NCBI GenBank assembly: GCA_963676795.2 | Contig: CAXXTB010000002.1 | Span: forward strand, 2,400,001-2,464,000 | Reading direction: 5' to 3' | DNA from: Geopsychrobacteraceae bacterium | Lineage (GTDB): Bacteria > Desulfobacterota > Desulfuromonadia > Desulfuromonadales > Geopsychrobacteraceae | DNA: 64,000 bases | In this document: piece after piece, positions 46,598-56,479 of the stretch | Position numbering within the stretch: the first letter of the stretch is position 1 | Layout of the letters: the number at the start of each line of letters is the position of its first letter | Made by a program: the position numbers and the translations under genes | Notes under the pieces: model-generated | The model's database searches: none | What the model was told of the DNA's origin: nothing | Seen by the model: the letters and a program-made list of their open reading frames with translations, nothing else

Positions 46598-48298
46598 TTA
46601 AAAAGGCCGCCAGTTGTTCATCAGATGCGGAGACAGGTTCTCAATTCTCTGGCGACTGGCATCGATCCCCTGCTGCCAGTCAAGTGAACTGCCTATGACC
46701 TGCGGGCGCAGCAGAATCACCAGCTCGCTCTTGCTGGAAACCGTCTGGGTATGACGGAACAGCGAACCCAGGGCAGGGATTTTGCTGAGCACCGGAACTC
46801 CCGATTCGTTGTTCGAGATCTTGTCCTGCATCAGGCCGCCGATGACGACCAGCTGGCCGTTGGTCGCGTGAACAACGCTGTCCGATTCACGCACGGTGCT
46901 GTAGGCCAGCGGCAACGACTGGGTTTCACCGAAGACGCTGATGGTCTTGGTCTGATCGGTCACCTCGCTGACCGTCGGATGGATATGCAGGGTGATCCGG
47001 CCGGCACTGTCGATCTGCGGCGTCACATCCAGAGCGATCCCGGAGAAGAACGGGGTCAGGGTGATATCGCTGGAGGTCGTGGTCGTGGTTCCCGAACTGG
47101 TGTCACTGGAGATATCGGTGACGAAAAACTCGTCGGAGCCCACCTTGATGACCGCCTTCTGGTTGTTGACCGTGGCAATCCGCGGGCTTGACAGCACCTG
47201 GACATCCCCCTGACTCTCGAGCAGCTCGATAAAGGCCTGAAAATCACCAAAATTCATCGCCATGCTGAAGATGCCGCCGAACGCCGAGGTATCAAGCGAC
47301 GAAGCGAGCGAACCGGCCAGACTGTCCATGCTGACCGAAGCCGTAGCCATGCTGTCATTGAAGGCGCTGCTGCCTCCCGCCTGCCCGGCGACAACCCCTT
47401 TGCCGTCGGAAGTGGCGGACAGTGCGGCCCAGTTGATACCGCTCTGAAAACCGTCCGACAGGGAAACCTCAATCACTTTCGCCTCGATGACGACCTGGCG
47501 CTGCATATTGCTCTGGACCGAATCGAGATAGCCCTGAACCATCTGCAGCTCATCCGGCATCGCCACCACGACCACCATGCCGGCCTGGGGCTGGACAACA
47601 ACCTTACGCCCGTCCTCATGGCCAATCAGCCCTTCGAGGGCGACTTTCAGTTCGGACCAGAAATCTGCCGTCGATTCTGAGTCGATCTGGCTGGCGGCGA
47701 CATCGGAGTTAGTCGAGGAGCTCGTCCCGCTCCCCGAATCGCTGTTGTTCTGCGTAATCTGTCCTGAACTGACCCTGGTCTGCGATGAGCCCCGGCGGAT
47801 CATGTTCAGATAATTGACCTGGAAGGTTCTGGCCTGCAGGCTGGCGGGCATCACCTGATAGGTCTGCCCGGTTCGGAAATAGGGATAGCCGTAGACATTA
47901 TGGACAACCTGCAGAACCTCTTCGATTGTCGTGTTCTTCAGATCGACGCTGATCTCACCACTGACCTGCGGATGAACCACCATATTGGCGGAACTGCCGT
48001 TGACCAGGCTCATGAAAAATTCGCGGGCCGGTACGGCCGATGCTGCGATATCGAAGCGTTCCTCGGCTTTTGCGTGAGTCGGCAGAATATTCTGGGCGGC
48101 AGGAATAAGGGCGGAGCGGATCTCCTGGGGCGGCGGCGGAATGACGGCGGCCTGCGTTTTCTCCCCCGCGGAAGCAGAGAGGTTTTCATCCATCGAGGCA
48201 ACCGGCATACCACCGCGTGGTGCGGGAGCACATGAGCTCAGTATGAATAAAAAGATCATCACGACAAGGCCACGACGGGCGGCTAAAACTCTGATCAC
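46598..48298 (-). CDS. mshL: MSHA secretin MshL
   Basis: Lipoprotein signal, QVVIEAKVIEV, VLSSPRI..NNQKAVIKVG, PFFSGIALDVTP, KSELVILLRP. Confidence 0.93.
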   Translation of the reverse strand: MIRVLAARRGLVVMIFLFILSSCAPAPRGGMPVASMDENLSASAGEKTQAAVIPPPPQEIRSALIPAAQNILPTHAKAEERFDIAASAVPAREFFMSLVNGSSANMVVHPQVSGEISVDLKNTTIEEVLQVVHNVYGYPYFRTGQTYQVMPASLQARTFQVNYLNMIRRGSSQTRVSSGQITQNNSDSGSGTSSSTNSDVAASQIDSESTADFWSELKVALEGLIGHEDGRKVVVQPQAGMVVVVAMPDELQMVQGYLDSVQSNMQRQVVIEAKVIEVSLSDGFQSGINWAALSATSDGKGVVAGQAGGSSAFNDSMATASVSMDSLAGSLASSLDTSAFGGIFSMAMNFGDFQAFIELLESQGDVQVLSSPRIATVNNQKAVIKVGSDEFFVTDISSDTSSGTTTTTSSDITLTPFFSGIALDVTPQIDSAGRITLHIHPTVSEVTDQTKTISVFGETQSLPLAYSTVRESDSVVHATNGQLVVIGGLMQDKISNNESGVPVLSKIPALGSLFRHTQTVSSKSELVILLRPQVIGSSLDWQQGIDASRQRIENLSPHLMNNWRPF

Positions 48299-48684
48299 GG
48301 TTGACTCCCCTGAGTATCTGTCCGTTGTGAATTCATTTTTTTCAGTCCTGTCCCCGAGCGCTGCAAACGGATCGTCCGCTCTCCCCCCTGCAGAACCACA
48401 TGGTCATTCTCGATGACGGTCAGCGTGTAGCCCTTGAGGCTCTGCCCCAGAGCCAGGGTGTGCCCATCAATAACAGCCAGCGAGCGCTCAGGCGCGATAA
48501 GGATCGCCGAGAGAGTCCAGGTTCCCGTGACATCCTCGACCTTGCGCATGTCTGCGGCAGACTGCGCAGCCTCAGCGGAAGAGCCGGCCGGACGCAGCGG
48601 ATCGACCAGCGTCAGGTCGGCGGCAAACAGCCCTGAGGCCGGAGCCAGACCAAACAGACAGAAGACAATAAACGCCCTAACCAC
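48295..48684 (-). CDS. mshK: MshK-like protein
   Basis: Signal peptide, DPLRP, LSAILI..RSLAVIDG. GTG start with GGAGG RBS. Confidence 0.8.
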   Translation of the reverse strand: MVRAFIVFCLFGLAPASGLFAADLTLVDPLRPAGSSAEAAQSAADMRKVEDVTGTWTLSAILIAPERSLAVIDGHTLALGQSLKGYTLTVIENDHVVLQGGERTIRLQRSGTGLKKMNSQRTDTQGSQP

Positions 48685-49348
48685 CAATCCACCCCTCCGA
48701 CAAACTGAGCGTGTGAACCTGCAGGCGAACCTTCGCCTGCGGGTATTTATCGGTCTCGATCTCGATGCTGTCCCAAATGACAGTCTGCGGCATCTCCTGA
48801 AGCCCCTTGAGATAGTCGAGCGCACTCAGGTAAGTACCGACAAATTCAAGCTTCAGCCGATGCCGGTAGAGCACGGTTTCCCCCTCGTCATCCTTCTTCC
48901 CGCCCTTATCCTGACGGCCAAAGGTGACTCGCTGCGGTGCCAGGTTCTCAAGATGGACCAGCTTCAGACGCCGGTCGCGATCGAGAAGGTCGCGCAGCAG
49001 TTCCGGCATATTCTGCGGGGCAACCAGATTGACGATACTCGCCTGCAACTCGCCCTGCTTGACAGCGATCTCCCGTTCAAGCGCCTCTATGTGCTGAAGG
49101 TTCTCGCGGTTCGGATCGATTTTACCGCGGCTCAGAACCTCCTGTCCCTGCAGCGCCAGCGCAGCCAGTTCATTGTTGAGCATGGAGAGCTGCAGTCCGG
49201 CCAACTTGCGCTGCTGGGCCTGAGGCGCCAGGACAAAGAGGTAGGCGAGAAACAACAGGACAGCGGCAAGACAGACCAGGACGACAACCCGCTCGCGCAG
49301 GGTCCGCTCATCATACCACCTGAATAGCTGCACTGAGGAATCCGCCAT
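48677..49348 (-). CDS. mshJ: MshJ (PilO/GspM-like)
   Basis: TLRER TM anchor, LVAPQNM, LYRHRLKLEFVGTY, VHTLSLSEGWIGG. Confidence 0.85.
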   Translation of the reverse strand: MADSSVQLFRWYDERTLRERVVVLVCLAAVLLFLAYLFVLAPQAQQRKLAGLQLSMLNNELAALALQGQEVLSRGKIDPNRENLQHIEALEREIAVKQGELQASIVNLVAPQNMPELLRDLLDRDRRLKLVHLENLAPQRVTFGRQDKGGKKDDEGETVLYRHRLKLEFVGTYLSALDYLKGLQEMPQTVIWDSIEIETDKYPQAKVRLQVHTLSLSEGWIGG

Positions 49349-49947
49349 CACTGCCCTCCCGCTGCGCTTTTCAGCTCGAAATCGACCTGTCCCGGTTTTT
49401 CCGCCAGGCGATTGACCGCCAGGCCGGAGAAGACCCGCCCGCCAAGAACGTTCTGATCGCGCAACAACTGTAGATAGGCGGGCACCAGTTCCGTCCGCAG
49501 GGCACTGCCCGCCATGGCCAGATCCCCCGGGGACTGGCCGATACGGACCCTGGTCAGCCAGACCCCGGAGAGGGGATGGCGAGCCAGTCCTTCGAGCGAT
49601 TTAAGCAGCACAGCATTTCGCTCCGGCTGGGGCAGATCGGCAGAATCTAACGACTGATTGAGCCCCCTGAGCTGACGCTCAAGACGCACAATCTTTTCTT
49701 CCAGCAGCACATCCTTGACCGGAACCGGATACTGCGCCTCAAGCTCGACGAGCTTCGCAGCGGCAGCATCCCGCTTGCCGTTCAGCAGCCTGACCTGCTG
49801 TGCCGTCCTGGCGGTCAGCCAGTAACTGCCCAGCGAAAGCAGCACAGCCAATACGACAACCGCCAGCAAAATGAGCAACGCCTGCTGGCTGCGCAACGGT
49901 TTTGGCTTGTCAAACAGGACATCCTGCAAAAGATTAATCTGCTGCAT
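49348..49947 (-). CDS. MshI C-terminal / PilN-like alignment protein
   Basis: QQINLL, TM helix, coiled coil, GVWLTRV...GSAL..ELVPAYL. Confidence 0.8.
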   Translation of the reverse strand: MQQINLLQDVLFDKPKPLRSQQALLILLAVVVLAVLLSLGSYWLTARTAQQVRLLNGKRDAAAAKLVELEAQYPVPVKDVLLEEKIVRLERQLRGLNQSLDSADLPQPERNAVLLKSLEGLARHPLSGVWLTRVRIGQSPGDLAMAGSALRTELVPAYLQLLRDQNVLGGRVFSGLAVNRLAEKPGQVDFELKSAAGGQ

Positions 49948-50888
49948 CAGCCCCGCTCCTGGCGTAGTGCGCCACCGATCGGCACAAGAAAACGGTTCAG
50001 CTCCAGCTGATCCAGACCTTCCGGAAGCTCTACAGTATCAGGGAAGCGGAAGGATTCGACCCGGGTCGTCAGGTAATCGTTCAGATAATTGATCAGGGCA
50101 GGAATCTCTTGGCCGGTCTGAGCCACCAGCAGTCGCGCGACCTGAGGCAGCTGAAATGAGCTTTCGCAATAATCAAAAGAGCGCTGGACCTCAAGAACAA
50201 TGGAATCAAGCTGTTCGGTCAGGGCCTCCATGCCCGCTTCCGCAACATTGGCAAGATCATTCATGCCAACACCGAGAACCCGCACCAGATACAGGTCACC
50301 ATCACGAACGATCGTCAATATGCCGTATTCATCGTGCAGCAGCAGGATGGCAATCCCACGCTCCTCGGCGAACAGGTTACAGATATTGCGCAAAGCAAAC
50401 TCGGGAAGATCGATCGCCTCAAGTTGCAGCTGAGACTCGCTGACCGCCTGCAGGTGGCGCCGCAACAACTGATCGTGGGCCGCAACGGCATAGGTCACCG
50501 GAGCCCGCTCCCCGGAAAAGGGGGTAACTTCGAAAAGGTCGATGACCGCGTCCTGAGGTCGATAATCGATCAGCTCACGCAACTGCCAGCGAGCGGCATC
50601 GCGACGCTCTTCTTCCGGCAGCTTGCCAAGATCGACCTGGGCCAACTGAAAAGCATCGGTCGGCAGCACATCGACACAGTCACCACCGGTCAGATTGAAC
50701 TGGCTCACCCAACTGGCCAGGCGCCGATCACGTTCATCGGCCGTGGCCAGCAGCTGGTCATCGACAGCTTGAATTTTCAGTTGATTGTCCGACAGACGGG
50801 TCAAGGCGACAACCCGATACGAATCTGGATGCAAACAGAGCCCGACCCTGGCATGGTCGACTGCTTTTTTCCGCTTGAACAATTTCAA
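49947..50888 (-). CDS. mshI: MshI N-terminal / PilM-like actin-fold protein
   Basis: AARWQLRELIDY, AIDLPEFALRN, LEVQRSFDY, PIGGALR, first gene of the operon. Confidence 0.8.
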   Translation of the reverse strand: MKLFKRKKAVDHARVGLCLHPDSYRVVALTRLSDNQLKIQAVDDQLLATADERDRRLASWVSQFNLTGGDCVDVLPTDAFQLAQVDLGKLPEEERRDAARWQLRELIDYRPQDAVIDLFEVTPFSGERAPVTYAVAAHDQLLRRHLQAVSESQLQLEAIDLPEFALRNICNLFAEERGIAILLLHDEYGILTIVRDGDLYLVRVLGVGMNDLANVAEAGMEALTEQLDSIVLEVQRSFDYCESSFQLPQVARLLVAQTGQEIPALINYLNDYLTTRVESFRFPDTVELPEGLDQLELNRFLVPIGGALRQERG

Positions 50889-51060
50889 GCCAACTCCCCA
50901 TAACAATGCTTAGCTTTGCAAATTTTAATAATCCATCAAATTAAACCTAATTATAGATCAAGAATCAATAAAAAAGGGAATCAAATCTGCCCTTTTAAGC
51001 TTTTTTAGCAGTGGCTGATCAATCCACCGCATCATAAGGAGAAATGCATCGGCCCGGCCG

Positions 51061-51960
51061 CTACTTCTTGCGGCTGCGCGGATGACTGCGATCGTAAACA
51101 TCGGTCAGATGCGAAAAGGAGACCTTGGTATATTTCTGGGTCGTCGACAGCGACGCATGACCGAGCAGCTCCTGGATCGCGCGCAAATCCGCGCCGGCGT
51201 CGAGCAGATGCGTCGCAAAGGAATGACGCAGGGCATGCGGAGTCACATCGCTCGGCAAGCCAAGTTGCTGCAGCCGCGTCTTCAGATTGCGCTGCACACT
51301 CCGCGCACTCAATCGGCCACCCCGGTCATTGAGAAAAAGGGCGGCCCCACCCTGCTGGTCGGAACGCAGCTCCAGATAGCACTGCAGCGCCACAAGCGCC
51401 TGGCGGCCGATCGGCAGAACCCGCTCCTTACTCCCCTTGCCGATCACCCGCAGCTGGGCCTGCTCCAGATCGATATCGGCAACAGACAACGAAACGGCTT
51501 CACCGACGCGCAACCCGCAAGAATAGATCAATTCAAACAGGGCAAGATCCCGGGCCATCAGGTGCGGCTTGCCCGGCGGCTTATTATCCAGCAGACGGGC
51601 ACTCTGCTCAGCACTCAGCACCCGGGGCAGATACTGCTCCCGCTTCGGGGTTGCCAGCAGGTCAGCCGGCGATTGTGCCAGAACACCCTGCCGGACCAGG
51701 TAGCGAAAGTAAACCTTGATCCCGGACAGTTTGCGGGCAATACTCGAGCGCCCGCAACGTTTGTGCAGAGCGGCCAGATACTGACGCAACAGCAACTGAT
51801 CAAAGCCGGCAAGATCGCCCGACCTGTTCAGCGACCGCCCCCGCTCCTGGAGAAAAACTTCAAACTGGCGGAGATCATTCATATAGGCACTGACCGTGCG
51901 CGGCGAAAGATTCCGTTCAACCTCCAGATGACGTTCAAATTGTTTCAGCAATTCGTCCAT
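51061..51960 (-). CDS. xerC: Tyrosine recombinase XerC
   Basis: YSCGLRVGE, GKGSKER, PHALRHSFATHLL, QELLGHASLSTTQKYT. Confidence 0.9.
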   Translation of the reverse strand: MDELLKQFERHLEVERNLSPRTVSAYMNDLRQFEVFLQERGRSLNRSGDLAGFDQLLLRQYLAALHKRCGRSSIARKLSGIKVYFRYLVRQGVLAQSPADLLATPKREQYLPRVLSAEQSARLLDNKPPGKPHLMARDLALFELIYSCGLRVGEAVSLSVADIDLEQAQLRVIGKGSKERVLPIGRQALVALQCYLELRSDQQGGAALFLNDRGGRLSARSVQRNLKTRLQQLGLPSDVTPHALRHSFATHLLDAGADLRAIQELLGHASLSTTQKYTKVSFSHLTDVYDRSHPRSRKK

Positions 51961-52124
51961 AAATGCCCCTTACTACCCACCTCGCACTTTGCCCTGAACG
52001 TTTGACGCTCTGCCTTCATCATGGCATACTTTGCGTGGATTTTATGCATCAATGAGCGCACCGGCAGTTTTGTCAGCATAAATCTTCGGCCCTATTTCGG
52101 GCTCACTGGAGACCTACATACCCC

Positions 52125-52970
52125 ATGGAACTGATTTGCTGGATCATTAAAATCGTCCTGCTGCTGGTATTGATCTTTGATATCAGTGTTGTCCTGTTGA
52201 GCTACAGTATCTTCTGGTATGAGCTGGCGAACAGTTCACCGCAACTTCTGGAAAAGCGCGCGACGCGTGCCAACCTGAGCCTTACGGTCAAGCTACTGAT
52301 CCCGGAGATGATACTGAACTATCTCACCCTGATCATTATCCCCCTTGGTCTGATCAGACCCGGCAAAACAGTTGCCACCCAAGGGGAAACGCCGACCCTG
52401 CTACTGCATGGCCTGTTTGTCAGTCACTCATGCTGGTTCTGGTTCAAACGGCAACTCAAGAAACAGGGAATCACCCATATTCACTGCCTGAACCTGTCAT
52501 CCTGGCATAACGAAGAAGTTCTGACCGAGCTGGTCGCAAAAAAAATCGACGAACTGCGCCACCAGTTCGGTGTCGACAAGGTCAATATCATCGGCCATTC
52601 CATGGGCGGCATCATCGCCCGCAACTATGTCCAGCTCAGGGGCGGTGAAGACAAAGTCGCCAAGCTGATCTGCCTGGGCTCACCTCATGGGGGGACCAAA
52701 CTGGCAACCTTCACCCTGGCCTCACTCGGCAAGATCCTGCTCCCCGGCTCCGCTTTTCTCAAACGCCTGAACGGCACCCCGTTCCCGGCCCAGGTCAAAC
52801 TGTTCAACATCCTGACCCTCAAGGACAACATGGTCATACCGAACACTAACTGCCAAAGCTTCTGGGGGGAAAATATCGAACTCGACCAGATGGGGCACAC
52901 CTCACTGATCTATCGCAAGGCGGCCATTGAAGCCGTCCGACAGTGCCTGTCCCGAAAGACGGAAGCATGA
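52125..52970 (+). CDS. Membrane-anchored alpha/beta hydrolase (lipase-like)
   Basis: LLHG, GHSMGG nucleophile elbow, GSPHGG, DNMV, GHTSL. Confidence 0.88.
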   Translation: MELICWIIKIVLLLVLIFDISVVLLSYSIFWYELANSSPQLLEKRATRANLSLTVKLLIPEMILNYLTLIIIPLGLIRPGKTVATQGETPTLLLHGLFVSHSCWFWFKRQLKKQGITHIHCLNLSSWHNEEVLTELVAKKIDELRHQFGVDKVNIIGHSMGGIIARNYVQLRGGEDKVAKLICLGSPHGGTKLATFTLASLGKILLPGSAFLKRLNGTPFPAQVKLFNILTLKDNMVIPNTNCQSFWGENIELDQMGHTSLIYRKAAIEAVRQCLSRKTEA

Positions 52971-53365
52971 TACACGAACTTGAAATCAGGACCAGCGAGC
53001 AGAACCAGCTCAAGGAGATCACGGACAAGATCCGCAGCTTGATCGAGCGTTCCGGCGTAACAGAGGGCCATGCCCTGCTCTTCGTCCCTCACACCACCGC
53101 GGCGGTAACCATCAATGAAAACGCCGATCCGGATGTAACGACTGACCTGCTTTACGGATTGAACAAGCTGATCCCTCTCCAGGACAACTATCGCCACATG
53201 GAGGGAAACAGCGCCGCCCATATAAAGAGCAGCCTGGTCGGAGCCAGCGAGACAATCCTGATCTGCAATGGCAAACCGCTGCTGGGTACCTGGCAAGGCA
53301 TCTATTTCTGCGAGTTCGACGGTCCCCGCTTACGCAAACTCCACATCAAGATCATTGCGGATTAA
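52967..53365 (+). CDS. yjbQ: YjbQ/UPF0047 family protein
   Basis: PHTTAAVTINENADPDV, HMEGNSAAHIKSSL, LGTWQGIYFCEFDGPR. Confidence 0.93.
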   Translation: MIHELEIRTSEQNQLKEITDKIRSLIERSGVTEGHALLFVPHTTAAVTINENADPDVTTDLLYGLNKLIPLQDNYRHMEGNSAAHIKSSLVGASETILICNGKPLLGTWQGIYFCEFDGPRLRKLHIKIIAD

Positions 53366-53369
53366 TCAG

Positions 53370-54530
53370 ATGCCACAAGTAGCGCCACGCGACAACCGGG
53401 TGTCTTTGCAGGCACACACCAACTACACCCCGGCAGAAGTCCTCGCCAGCATGCGCCAACTGCTGGCCCCGCTCGGAGGCATGTCGGCCTTCGTCAAAGC
53501 AGGACAGAAGGTTCTTCTCAAGCCCAACATGCTGGCCGGCCGAGCCCCCGAGAAAGCGGTCACGACCCATCCGGAAGTGGTCAGAGCGGTCATCACCCTG
53601 GTCAAGGAATGTGGTGGCGAAATCGCCCTCGGCGATTCCCCCGGCATCGGCAGCCCTTCAAACGTCGCCCGCAAAGCGGGACTCCTCGACCTCGTCGAAG
53701 AAACCGGCATCGACTTCGCCCCCTTTGAGGAATCGGTCAAAATCCGCCCGACAGGGACGACCTTTCACGAGCTGGAAGTCGCCCGCGACCTGCTCGAGGC
53801 CGACGTCATCATCAACCTGCCCAAGCTGAAAACCCATCAGATGATGGGCCTGACCTGCGCGGTCAAAAATATGTTCGGCGCCGTTGTCGGCCTGCGCAAA
53901 CCGAAACTTCACCTGCAGGCCGGCAGCGACAAGGCCTTTTTCGCCCTGATGCTGCTGGAACTCTGCGAACAACTGGCCCCGGCCCTGACCATCGTCGATG
54001 CCGTTGTCGGCATGGAAGGAGATGGGCCGGGCAGCGGCGACCCGGTTCAGATCGGCGCCCTGCTGGCCGGGGCAGATCCGCTGGCCATCGATACAGTAGC
54101 GACGGAACTGGTTGGCATGACAACGGAACAGGTCTGGACCCAGCAGGTCGCCCGCAACAGCGGCAGGACACTGACCCACATCGAAGAACTGGAACTGCTC
54201 GGCAGCCAGCTGGCCGACCTCAAGGTGAAGAGCTTTCGACCGTCGAAAATGACCGACATCAACTTCGGCCTGAAAGGATCTTTGAGACGTTATCTGACCA
54301 ATGCCTTGACAGCCAGACCGGTGGTTGACCGCAGCCGCTGTAAACTCTGCAACGCCTGTGTCGAACATTGCCCGCCGGCAGCGATGAAAATCACAGACCG
54401 CAAACTGACCATCAACTACAATCAGTGTATCCGCTGCTTCTGCTGCCAGGAGCTCTGTCCTCACGCGGCGCTTGCTACCAGGCAGGGGGTTCTGCTCAGG
54501 CTGAACAGCCTGCTGCGCGGCAGGCACTGA
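53370..54530 (+). CDS. DUF362 protein with 2x[4Fe-4S] ferredoxin domain
   Basis: VLLKPNML, TTHPEV, INLPKLKTH, CKLCNACVEHCP and CIRCFCCQELCP. Confidence 0.9.
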   Translation: MPQVAPRDNRVSLQAHTNYTPAEVLASMRQLLAPLGGMSAFVKAGQKVLLKPNMLAGRAPEKAVTTHPEVVRAVITLVKECGGEIALGDSPGIGSPSNVARKAGLLDLVEETGIDFAPFEESVKIRPTGTTFHELEVARDLLEADVIINLPKLKTHQMMGLTCAVKNMFGAVVGLRKPKLHLQAGSDKAFFALMLLELCEQLAPALTIVDAVVGMEGDGPGSGDPVQIGALLAGADPLAIDTVATELVGMTTEQVWTQQVARNSGRTLTHIEELELLGSQLADLKVKSFRPSKMTDINFGLKGSLRRYLTNALTARPVVDRSRCKLCNACVEHCPPAAMKITDRKLTINYNQCIRCFCCQELCPHAALATRQGVLLRLNSLLRGRH

Positions 54531-54533
54531 AAC

Positions 54534-54566
54534 AAAAAAAGGCCTGCCAAAAAGCAGACCTTTTTT
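54534..54566. terminator. Bidirectional terminator
   Basis: AAAAAAAGGCCTGC-N6-GCAGACCTTTTTT between convergent genes. Confidence 0.7.
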
Positions 54567-54598
54567 ACTGAAACCTTGACTACTGAACAAAATTATCC

Positions 54599-54823
54599 TT
54601 AACGAACCTGGACAACTTCTTTGACTTCAGCAATCTTCTCTTTGAGAGTCTTTTCAATCCCCATTTTCAGGGTCATGGTCGACATTGGGCAGGAACCACA
54701 GGCACCGACCAGCTTGACACTGACAACGCCGTCTTCACTAACATCAACCAGTTCAACATTACCACCATCAGCCTGAAGGGCCGGACGAATCTGGTCCAAA
54801 ACTTCTTCTACACGCTCTTTCAT
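54599..54823 (-). CDS. NifU-like (Nfu) Fe-S carrier
   Basis: [31 protein letters not shown]. Confidence 0.93.
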   Translation of the reverse strand: MKERVEEVLDQIRPALQADGGNVELVDVSEDGVVSVKLVGACGSCPMSTMTLKMGIEKTLKEKIAEVKEVVQVR

Positions 54824-54861
54824 CGATGAAATCCTCCGTTATTTATGAGCTTATTCTGCGG

Positions 54862-54891
54862 ATTATAACTTCTAGAGTCACAGTTTAGCAA
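54862..54891 (-). promoter_or_regulatory. Sigma70-type promoter for the Nfu gene
   Basis: Minus strand TTGCTA-N18-TATAAT. Confidence 0.55.
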
Positions 54892-54896
54892 GCCCC

Positions 54897-55060
54897 CAGT
54901 GTCCCGTATGGTTAGTCCTTTCAGATAATTCCGAGCAATTTTGTTCGCTGACGAGGCGTGTTGACAGAGGCCTAGCCATAGCAAAGCCGAGGAAACACAA
55001 CACGGGCAGTGGACAAAAGGGCCAGAATTAACAGATGGAATTAACCGCACGGGACACTAG
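54897..55060. mobile_element. MITE-like rod element with terminal inverted repeats (copy B)
   Basis: AGTGTCCCGT(AT)GGTTA ... TAACC(GC)ACGGGACACT ends with nested internal stems. Confidence 0.6.
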
Positions 55061-55074
55061 TCCAGGGGAGAGGC

Positions 55075-56247
55075 TTACCAGCCACCTGCGGGCAATCTAA
55101 TATCACTGATTTTCCTTTGACACAAGAGTTCCACGAACGGAACATTTTTGGCCTGAACCAGCACCTTGAAGCTCTCCCCCATTCCTGATTCCGGCAGGAT
55201 CAGATTTTTGAGCGTCATGCGCAGAGCCTGTGCCTTTCGCTCGTCCTGCTCCCGGGCCTGCAACTCCAGAAGCAGCTCAACAAAGCCGAGTCCGAGCAGG
55301 AACTGATACTGCAAACCGAAATAGCGGGTCTCGAGCCCATCCTGCTGACCGATTCTCTGCAACATGGAAAAATCGACATGCGTGGTGATATCCTGCTCAC
55401 CAGGCAAACGATAGGGATTGTCGCTGGCCTGATGCCGGGAAAAACAGAGCAGGGTCCCGTTCTGGCGCCAGGGGGCATAGAGCTCCCGGTCCGGGTAGCC
55501 GTAATCGATGGTCAGCACAAAACCGCGCTCGAGCTTGGCCGCGACCTGACACATCCAGTCGCAGGCCGCCAGATTGACCTCACAGCGCTGCCCCTCGACA
55601 GGTGAGATACCTGCTGCAGAGAAGTAATCGGCCAATCGGGATGTCGACAGGGGACGCAGTTCTTCGCCAAAGCCCCCGTCACCATTGACAACAAAAACCT
55701 CGCGCAACTCACCGCCGCTCATTTCGACCAGATGAACCGGGAAGGCATCGATCAGCTCATTGCTCAGCCAGCAACCCTGAAGCTGCTCAAGCTCTTCAAA
55801 CTCAGCCCAGCTGATCCGTCCGGCAGACAGATGTCGCTGAAACACCCCAGCCTGCCGCTGGCGGGCAGCGGCACTGATCTCAACCAGCCGATAGTCGAGA
55901 CAGGAATAAAACTCAGGGAACTCCTCCTCCAGCGCAGAGAGGATATCCAGGCAGAGATGGCCATCACCACCCCCCTGTTCCACAAGGGTAAAGGGCCCTC
56001 CTCCGAGCAGGGTCCACATCTGCTCCAGCTGCCGGGCAATCAGGCGCCCGAAGCAGCTATGCACGCTGGACGAGGTAAAAAAATCTCCCTGTTTGCCGAT
56101 TCGGCTGTGCGGGGCAGAATAATAACCATACTGCGGATGATAAAGGGCAAGCTCCATAAAACGCTGAAAAGGAATTCCGCCGGCAGCGGCGATCTCCCGC
56201 TTCACAACCTGATCCAACCTGTCCGCGTTCTGATCTGACATAAACAT
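55075..56247 (-). CDS. SAM-dependent methyltransferase, MidA/NDUFAF7 family
   Basis: FMELALYHPQYGYY, GDFFTSS, SNELIDAFP, IDYG, GEQDITTHVDF. Confidence 0.9.
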   Translation of the reverse strand: MFMSDQNADRLDQVVKREIAAAGGIPFQRFMELALYHPQYGYYSAPHSRIGKQGDFFTSSSVHSCFGRLIARQLEQMWTLLGGGPFTLVEQGGGDGHLCLDILSALEEEFPEFYSCLDYRLVEISAAARQRQAGVFQRHLSAGRISWAEFEELEQLQGCWLSNELIDAFPVHLVEMSGGELREVFVVNGDGGFGEELRPLSTSRLADYFSAAGISPVEGQRCEVNLAACDWMCQVAAKLERGFVLTIDYGYPDRELYAPWRQNGTLLCFSRHQASDNPYRLPGEQDITTHVDFSMLQRIGQQDGLETRYFGLQYQFLLGLGFVELLLELQAREQDERKAQALRMTLKNLILPESGMGESFKVLVQAKNVPFVELLCQRKISDIRLPAGGW

Positions 56248-56479
56248 TCAATCCTGACGAAAAGCAAAGAGCCTGGATTATTGCAATGCCTATGACAAAA
56301 TGCAACTGCATCCACCGACTGAACAATGGGTGGCACCCTAGGACCGACAATCGATTCACAAACGACAAGGCGACGACTCTTGAATTCACAGCAGATTCGT
56401 GCCATTATTGCCAGTCGACGCAGCCTGCCCAGATGCAGGAGGCATCCGCGTTTCACCAAAAAACACTGATGAGGAATAC

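Noticed and set aside
51061..51960. Tyrosine recombinase as the integrase of an msh genomic island
   Set aside because: Size and motifs fit housekeeping XerC. No att repeats or tRNA target seen.
52021..52036. TGGCATACTTTGC as a sigma54 promoter
   Set aside because: GG-to-GC spacing is 8 nt, not the required 10
54820..55050. 76-aa minus-strand ORF
   Set aside because: Overlaps the MITE-like element and the Nfu promoter, with no coding features
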